DNA from: an uncultured delta proteobacterium
GTDB lineage: Bacteria; Myxococcota; Myxococcia; Myxococcales; Myxococcaceae
NCBI GenBank assembly: GCA_963771175.1
Contig: CAVYSY010000050.1
Coordinates: forward strand, 32,001 to 96,000
Reading direction: 5' to 3'
Length of the DNA stretch: 64,000 bases
In this document: positions 51,705-60,226 of the stretch, in pieces
Layout: the number at the start of each line of letters is the position of its first letter
Position numbering within the stretch: the stretch's first letter is position 1
Translations under genes and position numbers: made by a program
The notes under the pieces: generated by a model
The model's database searches: none
What the model saw: only the letters and a program-made list of their open reading frames with translations
What the model was told of the DNA's origin: nothing

Positions 51705-51947
51705 TGGGATGGCCCCTTCGATGGGCACCAGTTCCTGGCCGTCTGGGAGGACGGCCGGGGCGGGAGCCCTGGGCTCGCGCAGGAAGCGCGCCTGACGGAC
51801 GGTGGGCCTCACTCCGTGCGCAAGCGCTTCGGGACCTCGACATGGTCCAGGAAGAGGCCCGGAACCGCTGGTGACGGGCTCACGGCCTGATGCGCCATCG
51901 TTGGGGCTGCCAGGGCAGGGGGAGCAGCGGTAGCATTCCTCCCCATC

Positions 51948-53024
51948 ATGGATACCTCTGTCGTCTACCCCCGACCAACTCCGTGCGGGGGCCTTGTCCT
52001 ACTCGCGCTTGCAATGCTGGCGCTCAGCGGGTGCGCCTACGGCCATAAGGTCCACGACTGGAAGCAGGTCTCCGAGAGACAGGGCAAGCAGATCCGGACG
52101 CGGCTCCCGCACTACGAGGTCATGGCTCGGAAGGTGGACTCGTTCTCCGCCGCCGTCCAGGTGGTGCAAGAGCACGAGCTCAAGACGCCGGTCACCGAGG
52201 GCTGGAGCCAGACCCGCGAGTGGAATGAATTCCGAGGAGGGGTACTTGCCGCCAAGATTCTATGGGTCCCCTTGGGCGTGGCTCTCTGCGTCGTCTCCTT
52301 TTTCTCGGTGTGCACTATGGGGGAACCGCAGATCGTCGAAGCACGGTCCGAGACCCAGCTGGAAACGCGCCAACGGACCGACACCACCATCGTCAAGGTG
52401 CCGACGGGTGGATCAATGCTGACCGCCACCCTCTTCCAGTTCGAGGATTCGAAGCCGGTTTTCACGACGAGCATCAAGCTCCCCGCCTCGGGTCAGAGAA
52501 CCCTGAGCTTCCGATCCTGGCTCCCGCTGATGACAGGATGGGATAGGGCGCGGGTCGTCTTCACCCCGGGGCCCAAACCAGCGCAGGATGATGGCATCAC
52601 CCGACGCGAAGCGGAGGTGGTCTTCGATGTCGCCGCCGAGGAGCGCCAGCTCCGGGCGCGCTCCGATGCGTTGGTCGAGCAGGTGGGCCGTCTGCCGCCC
52701 GAGGTCGAGGAAACAGATCTCTCCGAGGTCGCCGAGAAGGTGAGCGCGTTCCGGGGCGTGGCCTATGCACCCTTCCTGGAGGCGGTGAACACGGCATGGG
52801 CCGAGAAGAGCGCTCAGGTGGCGGCCTACCGGCAGGAGCAGGCCCGGCTGAAGCGCGAGGCGGAGGAGCGAGAGGTCCGGGAGCGGGAGGCGGCTGGAGA
52901 GAGGGTCCGGTCTCTCTCGGTCGACGTCGGCCAGGCCGCGGCACGGGACGACCTTGATGCCCTGGAGCGGGCGCTCGACGAGCAGATCGACCAATACCGC
53001 AAGTCGAAGGGGGTCAATCCGTGA
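51948..53024 (+). CDS. Hypothetical lipoprotein with coiled-coil C-terminus
   Basis: Lipobox LSGC, an internal hydrophobic segment, E/R-rich tail. Confidence 0.75.
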   Translation: MDTSVVYPRPTPCGGLVLLALAMLALSGCAYGHKVHDWKQVSERQGKQIRTRLPHYEVMARKVDSFSAAVQVVQEHELKTPVTEGWSQTREWNEFRGGVLAAKILWVPLGVALCVVSFFSVCTMGEPQIVEARSETQLETRQRTDTTIVKVPTGGSMLTATLFQFEDSKPVFTTSIKLPASGQRTLSFRSWLPLMTGWDRARVVFTPGPKPAQDDGITRREAEVVFDVAAEERQLRARSDALVEQVGRLPPEVEETDLSEVAEKVSAFRGVAYAPFLEAVNTAWAEKSAQVAAYRQEQARLKREAEEREVREREAAGERVRSLSVDVGQAAARDDLDALERALDEQIDQYRKSKGVNP

Positions 53025-54691
53025 GCCGGCTTCCCCTTCTCCTCGTTGCCCTCTTGCTCTGCGTCTCGCCCCAGGCCGGCGCGGCCCCTCCTGACGAGCT
53101 GCGCGGCACGCTGGATGCCCTGAACATCCACCAGAGCGGCCCGCCCCTCGACGTCAGCAACGCCAGGGCCACGGGAAGGCTCTCCATCAAGGCTTTCAAC
53201 CTCCGCTACCGCATGTTCATTCTCATGGGTGAGCCCTGCTGGCAGTGGGAGGCACGCTACGTGCTCGGTGACAGGCTCTTCCTCCAGGAGAACTCGGGCC
53301 GCCGGACGTTCGACATCGTTCGCTCCTCTGGCTCCGAGATCACGCAGGAGGGAGGGGTCTACAAGGTTCCCGCCAAGCTCTTCGACACCCTCCACGTCAC
53401 CGGATTCTCCTTCGTTGTCCGGGTCGACCGCTCCATCCTCGGTCCCGCTCCGTCCATCGTCCTGCGCTACCCGGGACTCCCCGAGCGCACCGGGAAATGG
53501 GGCTGGGACACTCCTGGCAGCCCGAACTGGGACAAGCTCTTCACCTTGGTCGATGAGCGGCCCAACGTGAGTCGCGACTTCTACCTCCCTGGCCAGACGC
53601 TCGATTATCTGTCGACGGCGGACGCGAAGGCTGTCTGGAAGCGGTTGTTCGAAGGCGGCCCGGCCGAGGCCTCGAACTGGCGGCTCTGGGTCTTCGACGT
53701 GTCGATTGACGCCAGCACCGTCCTCAACGCCATCCACAACTGGGAGATCCGCAAGAAGAAGAGAGAGGCCGGCAACGCCTCGCTCGACGCGCAGGTTCAG
53801 AAGCTCCTCGCCGACCTCGATGCCCGACAACGCGCCGCTGCTGCCCGTCATGGCGGCATCATCCCGGCCGATGATCCGCAGCTACAGAGGCACACCGCCA
53901 TAGTCCAGAAGGCGGTCGACGCCTTCTCCGCCGAGCTCTCCGAGGACACCCGGCGGACGTGGAGCGTGCTCCAGCACCGCCGCGACGATCAGGTGGCCAT
54001 GGTCCGGTTCAGGGAGTTGAGCGAGTTGGTGGCCGGCGCGAGGGGGCGACAGATGGATGCAGCTGGCCGAATGGCCCTCGTCCGGGAGATCGACCAACTC
54101 GAGCGGAATGCCGTCTCCGAGGAGGCCAAGACGATGGCCCAGCGGCTGCGCGCCGCCGTCCTGCGCGAGAACATCGTGGCCGTCTATGCGGTCGTGAAAG
54201 GCATCCGTGAGTACCGCAAGCCGATATCCCTCACGGCAAGAAGTCTCGACGAAGAGGAGGACAGTCCAGACGAGAAGAGGGAGTACGAGCGGAGCCTCGC
54301 CGCGGAAAGCGAGGAGCTCGCGCGTCTGAATGCCGACCCCGCCTGCAGGGCCATCAGCGGCCCCATCCCGATCTCGATCCTCTTCCGGGGAGACGTGGGC
54401 GCCTTCACGACCGATGCCGAGGGGCGCATCCAGAACTTCAGGCAGATTGTTGGAAGGGACAACGATAGAGCCCTGTCGGATTGGGCAAGCACGAAGTCGG
54501 GTATCGACAGCCGGTTTCCCGGCAAGGTCGCGAACTTCATGGCGACATCCCGGATCACCCTCACTTTCTACTCCACCTTCGAGCAGGCTGAAGCGGCCAT
54601 CCAAAAGAACGGGGCAGGCCAGGTCCCCACCACCGAGCCGCCCGAGCTGACCCCCGTGCCGCCCAACGAGCACGTTTCCCCTGACCGTTAA
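53021..54691 (+). CDS. Secreted hypothetical protein
   Basis: GTGA overlap with upstream gene; signal peptide ending AGA; 556-aa ORF. Confidence 0.75.
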   Translation: MSRLPLLLVALLLCVSPQAGAAPPDELRGTLDALNIHQSGPPLDVSNARATGRLSIKAFNLRYRMFILMGEPCWQWEARYVLGDRLFLQENSGRRTFDIVRSSGSEITQEGGVYKVPAKLFDTLHVTGFSFVVRVDRSILGPAPSIVLRYPGLPERTGKWGWDTPGSPNWDKLFTLVDERPNVSRDFYLPGQTLDYLSTADAKAVWKRLFEGGPAEASNWRLWVFDVSIDASTVLNAIHNWEIRKKKREAGNASLDAQVQKLLADLDARQRAAAARHGGIIPADDPQLQRHTAIVQKAVDAFSAELSEDTRRTWSVLQHRRDDQVAMVRFRELSELVAGARGRQMDAAGRMALVREIDQLERNAVSEEAKTMAQRLRAAVLRENIVAVYAVVKGIREYRKPISLTARSLDEEEDSPDEKREYERSLAAESEELARLNADPACRAISGPIPISILFRGDVGAFTTDAEGRIQNFRQIVGRDNDRALSDWASTKSGIDSRFPGKVANFMATSRITLTFYSTFEQAEAAIQKNGAGQVPTTEPPELTPVPPNEHVSPDR

Positions 54692-54730
54692 AATAGACAT
54701 GACACCCCAGAGACCGCCGCCGCGAACCTG

Positions 54731-54786
54731 GTGGGCCAGTAGACGGCCGAGCGGTACTGGGTGCCCACATCGTTGCCCTGGCGCAA
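54731..54786 (-). pseudogene. msrA: msrA internal remnant
   Basis: Encodes RQGNDVGTQYRSAVYW, the conserved MsrA motif. Confidence 0.85.
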
Positions 54787-54803
54787 CACCGCCCCCATGT
54801 CTC

Positions 54804-56600
54804 CTATGTGCGCCGCGCGAGCGGAACCGTGAAGTGGAAGGTGCTCCCGGTGCCGACCTGGCTCTCCACCCAGATCCGCCCGCCATGCGCCTCGACGATT
54901 CCCTTGGAAATGTAGAGCCCGAGTCCCGAGCCCGCCCCCGCCCCCTTCGTCCGCCAGTAGCGCTCGAAGACGTGCGGCAGCTCCTCCGCCGTCATCCCCG
55001 CTCCGCTGTCCTGGACAGAGACCTGGACCGCATCCCCCACGCGCCGCGTGCGCACGGTGATTCGTCCGTGCTCCGGGGTGAACTTGATGGCATTTCCGAT
55101 GAGGTTCGAGAACACCTGCAGGAGACGCTCGGGATCGGCGAGGACCTCCAGGTTGTCCTCCTGCTCCAACGACAGGGTGATTCCCTTCGCCGTGGCCAGG
55201 GGGGTGAGCACCTCGTCGGCCTTCGCGACGAGCTCGGAGAGCAGACACGGACGGCGCTCGACCCGGAACCGCCGGGCTCCAATCTGGGCCGTGCTGAGGA
55301 GGCTCTCGATGAGGTGCACCATCCGCTCGGTGGCGGTCTGGATGCCCTCCACGCGCTTGCGCAGCGGGTCGGCCCGCGGCTCGCGCGGGAGCTGGCGCAG
55401 GAGCATCTCGGCGTTCAGGTGGATCGACGAGAGCGGGCTGCGAAGGTCGTGCGAGACGAGTGCCAGGATCTCGTCCCTCTCGCGTGACAGCGCCTGCTCG
55501 CGCGCCATGCTCTGGGCCAGGACGCGGGCGCGCCGGCCCAGAACGATCGAGACGAAGGTCCCTCCCACGACCGCTACCGAGAGCATGGAGAGAATCAAGA
55601 GCCGCGTCCTCCGCAAGGTATGGAATGCATCCTCCACGTCGATCTCGATCGCCAGGCCAATGCCCAGCTCCCGCACCCACGTCCATGCCCCCACCACCGG
55701 GACGCCGCGGTAGTCTCGGTACCCGTCGACGTCCACCCCGGACTCTCCGGCGGTGGCACGGCTGGCCATCCGGGTGAGGGGCCTCTCCTTGAGGGGTCGC
55801 TCTGGACGATACCCCCGAGTCATGTCGCCCCCCGGATCGCGCAGCTCGACGCGGAGGATCATATTCCCACCCTCGGGGATGAGCCCGATCGCTTGCATCT
55901 GCGCGTCGAAGCGGCTCTCCGTCACCATGTAGCCGGCGGCATCGAAGGCGTAGGTCTCCCCGGACTCGCCAATCCGGCCGAGCTGCGTGACCCGGGTGAA
56001 GTCTCGCAAGGGGTCCAGGCGGAGCACGAACGCCCCGAGCACCCGGCCGGTCTCGTCCCGCACCGGAGCTGCGGCGATGAGCAGCGGCCTCAGCGCGGTC
56101 ACCCCCTCAATCGGTACCGTGGTCCAGTTTGGAGGTCCCAGGGCCGTACCACCCGTCAGGGCGGCGCGGATCGGCGCTGGAGCTTGCTCGATCAGCTCGT
56201 GCCCCCCGAGCATCTCGCGGGAGGAGGCGGCAACCTGGGTGCCGTCTGGAGCAACGAGCACGAAATCGTAGTAGCCGTGGCGCTCGATCAGCGCCTGGAC
56301 GGAGTGAAGCAGAGCGCCTGGCCGGCTGGACGCGGCGATGTCATCTGGCCCCTTGGCGCGGCCGGCTCCGGTCTCGAGGCACTGCCGCACTTCGGAGAGC
56401 GAGGCGAGGTACTCGGTATCCGCCTTGATCCTGGCCGCCCAGATTCGCAGACCCTCCTGGTTCGTGGCCACGACCGTGCTCAGCGTATCCGCGAGATCTC
56501 TCCGGGTAAGGGTCTCGATCCGCTCCATTCCCCACCATGCCACACCCACCACGATCAGCAGGACCAGGGGGATGATGAGGTTCGTCGAGCGCAGCGCCAT
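54804..56600 (-). CDS. Sensor histidine kinase with Cache-like extracellular region
   Basis: GYRDYRGVPVVGAW, SHDLRSPL, NAIKFT, DSGAG, GLGL. Confidence 0.93.
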   Translation of the reverse strand: MALRSTNLIIPLVLLIVVGVAWWGMERIETLTRRDLADTLSTVVATNQEGLRIWAARIKADTEYLASLSEVRQCLETGAGRAKGPDDIAASSRPGALLHSVQALIERHGYYDFVLVAPDGTQVAASSREMLGGHELIEQAPAPIRAALTGGTALGPPNWTTVPIEGVTALRPLLIAAAPVRDETGRVLGAFVLRLDPLRDFTRVTQLGRIGESGETYAFDAAGYMVTESRFDAQMQAIGLIPEGGNMILRVELRDPGGDMTRGYRPERPLKERPLTRMASRATAGESGVDVDGYRDYRGVPVVGAWTWVRELGIGLAIEIDVEDAFHTLRRTRLLILSMLSVAVVGGTFVSIVLGRRARVLAQSMAREQALSRERDEILALVSHDLRSPLSSIHLNAEMLLRQLPREPRADPLRKRVEGIQTATERMVHLIESLLSTAQIGARRFRVERRPCLLSELVAKADEVLTPLATAKGITLSLEQEDNLEVLADPERLLQVFSNLIGNAIKFTPEHGRITVRTRRVGDAVQVSVQDSGAGMTAEELPHVFERYWRTKGAGAGSGLGLYISKGIVEAHGGRIWVESQVGTGSTFHFTVPLARRT

Positions 56601-56783
56601 TCCATCTCCTGAGCTTCGCAGCGCCAGGCACACGAGCGGCAGGGCGAGAGGCTGCGCACCCCGGTAGGAATGCGCTCTGAGGCGATGCGGCTCGATGATA
56701 CTGCGACCACGCGGATTGATATGTGTCGCCGGACCCCGGGATGCATGGACTGTCGACCGGCTATCAGCCCGCCCCCGCGGCAC

Positions 56784-57380
56784 TCACCCCGAGACCGCTC
56801 GCCTCGTGGCGGGGCGTTTCGTGTGGCGGATGACATACTCGACCAGCTTCGGGTACCCCTCGAGCAGCTTCACCGTGTTCGCCAGGTGGAGGATCGACGC
56901 CAGTGCCACGTCGGCGGCGGTGAACGCGCCGCCCGCGACGAACTCACGGCCCTCGAGCCGGACATCGAGCACCGTGAGCACATCCTTCAGGCGTGCGTGC
57001 TGCCGCGCGAGGTCCGCCTTCTTCTCCTCGGGCAGCTGCGCGTTCCGGTAGTGCTCGAGGACCAACGGCTCGAGCGTCACCTCGGCGAAGACCATCCACT
57101 GCAGATAGGGGCCACGCTCGGCCGAGTCCAAGGGCGGCGCCAGCTGTTTTTCGGCAAAGCGATCGGCCAGATAGAGGCAGATCGCCAACGACTCGAAGAG
57201 CACGGTGGCTCCGTCCACCAGCACCGGGACTTCGCCGAGGGGGTGCAACGCCAGATGGGCCGGTGTCGTGGTCTCTTGTCTGGACACGTCGAGCTTCACC
57301 AGCTCGTACGGCACTTCCAGCTCCTCGAGCAGCCAGCGGGCGCGGGTCGCTCGGGTGCGAGGGGCGAAGTAGAGCTTCAT
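56784..57380 (-). CDS. Glutathione S-transferase family protein
   Basis: WLLEELEVPYE, HPLGEVPVL, ESLAICLYLAD, FTAAD. Confidence 0.95.
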   Translation of the reverse strand: MKLYFAPRTRATRARWLLEELEVPYELVKLDVSRQETTTPAHLALHPLGEVPVLVDGATVLFESLAICLYLADRFAEKQLAPPLDSAERGPYLQWMVFAEVTLEPLVLEHYRNAQLPEEKKADLARQHARLKDVLTVLDVRLEGREFVAGGAFTAADVALASILHLANTVKLLEGYPKLVEYVIRHTKRPATRRAVSG

Positions 57381-57481
57381 CGGAGGACTCCCGCGGGTGG
57401 GTGGACCCCGGCAACATGCAGCCCCCTCCCCGTGGCGACAATGGCCTCGTCCGCGGACTCTTCGTCAGGTTATTCTTGACG

Positions 57482-58393
57482 ATGATGATCTCGCCAGCCG
57501 ACATGGTCCTCTTCGCGGCGGTCGTCCGTGAGGGCAGCTTCACGCGCGCGGCGCGCCAGCTTGGAATCACCAAGCAGACGGCCAGCGAGCGGATCGCCAA
57601 TTTGGAGGAGCAGCTCGGGGTGCGGCTGCTCGAGCGGACGACGCGGCGTCTGCGGATGACCGAGTCGGGAACCACCTATTACGACCGGTGCGCCGCGATC
57701 GCCGCGCAGATCGATGAGGCGAACAGCGAGGTGCAGCAGCGGCAGGCGGAGCCCGTCGGTCTGCTGCGGGTGTCCTCGCCGATGCTCTACGGCCGCCGTT
57801 ACCTGGCTCCGGTGGTCGCGGACTTCCTCTCCCGCCATCCCAAGGCGAGCGTCGAGCTGGTGCTCGCCGACCGTCGCGTCAACCTCATCGAAGAGGGGTT
57901 GGATCTCGCGATTCGTATCGGGGCCCTCGATGACTCATCGCTGGTGGCACGAAAGCTCGGCGAGGGCGCCGTCTACTTCGTGGCGAGCCCCGGTTTCCTC
58001 TCGAAGTACGGGACGCCGAGCGCGCGGGAGCTTCGCGCCGCACGCTGCATTGGCTTCAGCGCGTTCGAGACCTGGGAGGCCGAGAACGTGAAGTCGCGGA
58101 TCGACCCGGTGCTGACCGTGAACGACCTCGAGGTGGCCTGCGAGGCGGCGATCGCCGGGGTCGGCATCGCGAGGGTTCCGGAGCTCCTCTGCCGGGAGGC
58201 GGTCCGGGACGGACGGTTGAAGATCCTCTTCGGACCCAAGCCGGCGATGCTGCGGACCATCCATGCCGTCTACCCGAGCCGGCTGAATCTTCCGGCGAAG
58301 GTCCGCCTTTTCGTGGATGCGCTGGCGGCGCTGACCGAGCCGATGCCGCCGCCGCCTCAGCGCGGCGGAGCCAGGCGCAAGCGCTCGACGTGA
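57482..58393 (+). CDS. LysR family regulator, divergent from GST
   Basis: GSFTRAARQLG...LEEQLGVRLLERTTR, DLAIR. Confidence 0.95.
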   Translation: MMISPADMVLFAAVVREGSFTRAARQLGITKQTASERIANLEEQLGVRLLERTTRRLRMTESGTTYYDRCAAIAAQIDEANSEVQQRQAEPVGLLRVSSPMLYGRRYLAPVVADFLSRHPKASVELVLADRRVNLIEEGLDLAIRIGALDDSSLVARKLGEGAVYFVASPGFLSKYGTPSARELRAARCIGFSAFETWEAENVKSRIDPVLTVNDLEVACEAAIAGVGIARVPELLCREAVRDGRLKILFGPKPAMLRTIHAVYPSRLNLPAKVRLFVDALAALTEPMPPPPQRGGARRKRST

Positions 58394-58442
58394 GTGTTCC
58401 CGACCGCGAGCGGCACATAGCCGCCGCTCATGGGGCGACTGC

Positions 58443-59792
58443 TCACTGCGCCGCCGCTTCGACCCCGGGAGCTTCTACCGGGGCCGCGGCCGGCGGCGTA
58501 TCCCAGGAGCCGTTCTCGCACTGGAGCAGGCGGTCGAGGACGGAGAGCGCCTGGGGAGTGCCCGAGGCGCGGAGCTTCTCCTGCATGCCGATGTTGATCA
58601 GCTCCATGTAGAGGCGCTCGACATAGGCCACGGCCTCATCCGTCCGCGGCATCGTGGTCTTGAGGTTGTCGCGCACGGACAGCTCGGGAAGGAAGCCCAG
58701 CTTGCTCACGAGCGACTCCACGACATACCGCTGATCCGGGCGTCCGCCGCGCAGCACCTCCAGGATGGGCGCGGAGAGGAAGCGGCGCCTGTCGCGCCGC
58801 GTGGCGCGCCGCTGCAACCAGGCCTCCGAGGTGGAGATGGGCAGGTCCGTGGTCTCTCCATCCACCTTGGCGAACGCATGGGCCTCCACGTAGCTCACCC
58901 GCCCATCCCCGTCATAGTCGGCCGAGTCCACCGCCTTCCCCGTCCGGCTCAGCCCACTGAGGCCCGCGAAGAAGCTGGAGCTGTAATCCTTGTAGTCCGC
59001 CTCATCCGCCTCCGGCGTGCAGCCGACGGAGGGCAGGAAGTCCACGGTGGCGAAGAAGCCACAGCGGGGCTGCGCCACCACCGGCCGTTTGGGATTGGCG
59101 TCCTGGTAGATGAAGTTGGCGAACGAGCCGGCGTAGCACTGGGACATCACCGTGACCACGGGCGTGGTGCTCGGGAGCCGGTTCAGGAAGAGGCCAAAGG
59201 CCCGCACCGTCAGCGTGTCCCCCTCCCAGAGCGCCAGGTGGTTGTTGTGGCGGTGCCGGCTGTTCAAGCCTCCGTGCCCCGTGAAGTAGATGAAGGCCGG
59301 CTGATGGGGCGTGTCCCGGGCGCTCCGATCCACCCATTCCAGGAAGCGCTCCAGGGTCGCCGGTCCCTTCAGGTGGGGAATCTCGGGGGCCTTGAACTGC
59401 TCGCGCGCCTTTTCCCCGAGGTAGCGCACCGAGGCCTGCCCATCATTCCCATTGGCGAAATAGACGGTGGCGGAAGCGGGCGCGAGCCCACGCGCCTCGA
59501 GCGTCCGCTGGAAGTAGCGGACATTCTTCTCCAGGGCGATCTCATTGCTGGAGGGCTCGCCCCCACCGCCCAGCACCAGGAGGTTGGAGGCGCGAGGAGG
59601 AGCGCGGAGCGGCTCCAGGGGCGTCACGGGCTCGGAGGACACGATCTCCTTCTCGTCCTCGGGGGCGCGCTCGGGCCAGTCGGCGAAAGCGTCCACGTCC
59701 GCGTCCTGGGAGACGGGAACCCGGGCGCACCCCTGCGCCCCCAGCCACAACAGCATCATCACGCCACTCTGGACCCAGAATCCCCGCGTCAT
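58443..59792 (-). CDS. Clan CD (C13/caspase-like) cysteine peptidase, probable lipoprotein
   Basis: YFTGHGG and MSQCYAGSF His-Cys dyad; signal ending AQGC; DYDGDGRVS EF-hand-like loop. Confidence 0.82.
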   Translation of the reverse strand: MTRGFWVQSGVMMLLWLGAQGCARVPVSQDADVDAFADWPERAPEDEKEIVSSEPVTPLEPLRAPPRASNLLVLGGGGEPSSNEIALEKNVRYFQRTLEARGLAPASATVYFANGNDGQASVRYLGEKAREQFKAPEIPHLKGPATLERFLEWVDRSARDTPHQPAFIYFTGHGGLNSRHRHNNHLALWEGDTLTVRAFGLFLNRLPSTTPVVTVMSQCYAGSFANFIYQDANPKRPVVAQPRCGFFATVDFLPSVGCTPEADEADYKDYSSSFFAGLSGLSRTGKAVDSADYDGDGRVSYVEAHAFAKVDGETTDLPISTSEAWLQRRATRRDRRRFLSAPILEVLRGGRPDQRYVVESLVSKLGFLPELSVRDNLKTTMPRTDEAVAYVERLYMELINIGMQEKLRASGTPQALSVLDRLLQCENGSWDTPPAAAPVEAPGVEAAAQ

Positions 59793-60067
59793 GCCGGAGA
59801 GTCTATTACGGCCTCGACCTGCTGACCGTGTCCGGAGAGCGCTTTCAATTCTCGTGGGGCGCCGAGTTCTACATGTATGGCGTCTCCCTGGAGGCGCTGC
59901 CGCTCGACCACACCCGGTACTCGTCCGTGGACAGCTCCAGCCGGGTGGGCAGGGGGTCCTTGCCAGGCGCCGGAGAAGGGCACGGGCGCTTCTCGGACTC
60001 CGCGTTGACGCTCCAGAGGACGCCCGGTGCCTGGCCCCGCTGGCGGACGAAGCGAGCAGGAGCGCGG

Positions 60068-60135
60068 TAGTAGTTCAGCCACCCCAGGTGCCGCCGAATC
60101 TCGGCCGAGCGGATGTTCCATGGGAGCTTCACACT
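60068..60135 (-). pseudogene. DUF5953-like fragment
   Basis: KLPWNIRSAEIRRHLGWLNY resembles the recalled KLP...RSPEIP...LGWLNYWS motif. Confidence 0.55.
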
Positions 60136-60226
60136 CGGCGGAGCGGTGCAGCGTGGCGACGGAGATGTGGTAACGAGCGCGCCGCCCCGTTCGACCGGGA
60201 GGGGCGGCGCGCCGTGGTCGCCGGCT

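Noticed and set aside
51717..51760. FDGHQFLAVWEDGR as a gene
   Set aside because: Only about 14 codons resembling a repeat motif, with no start or continuation.
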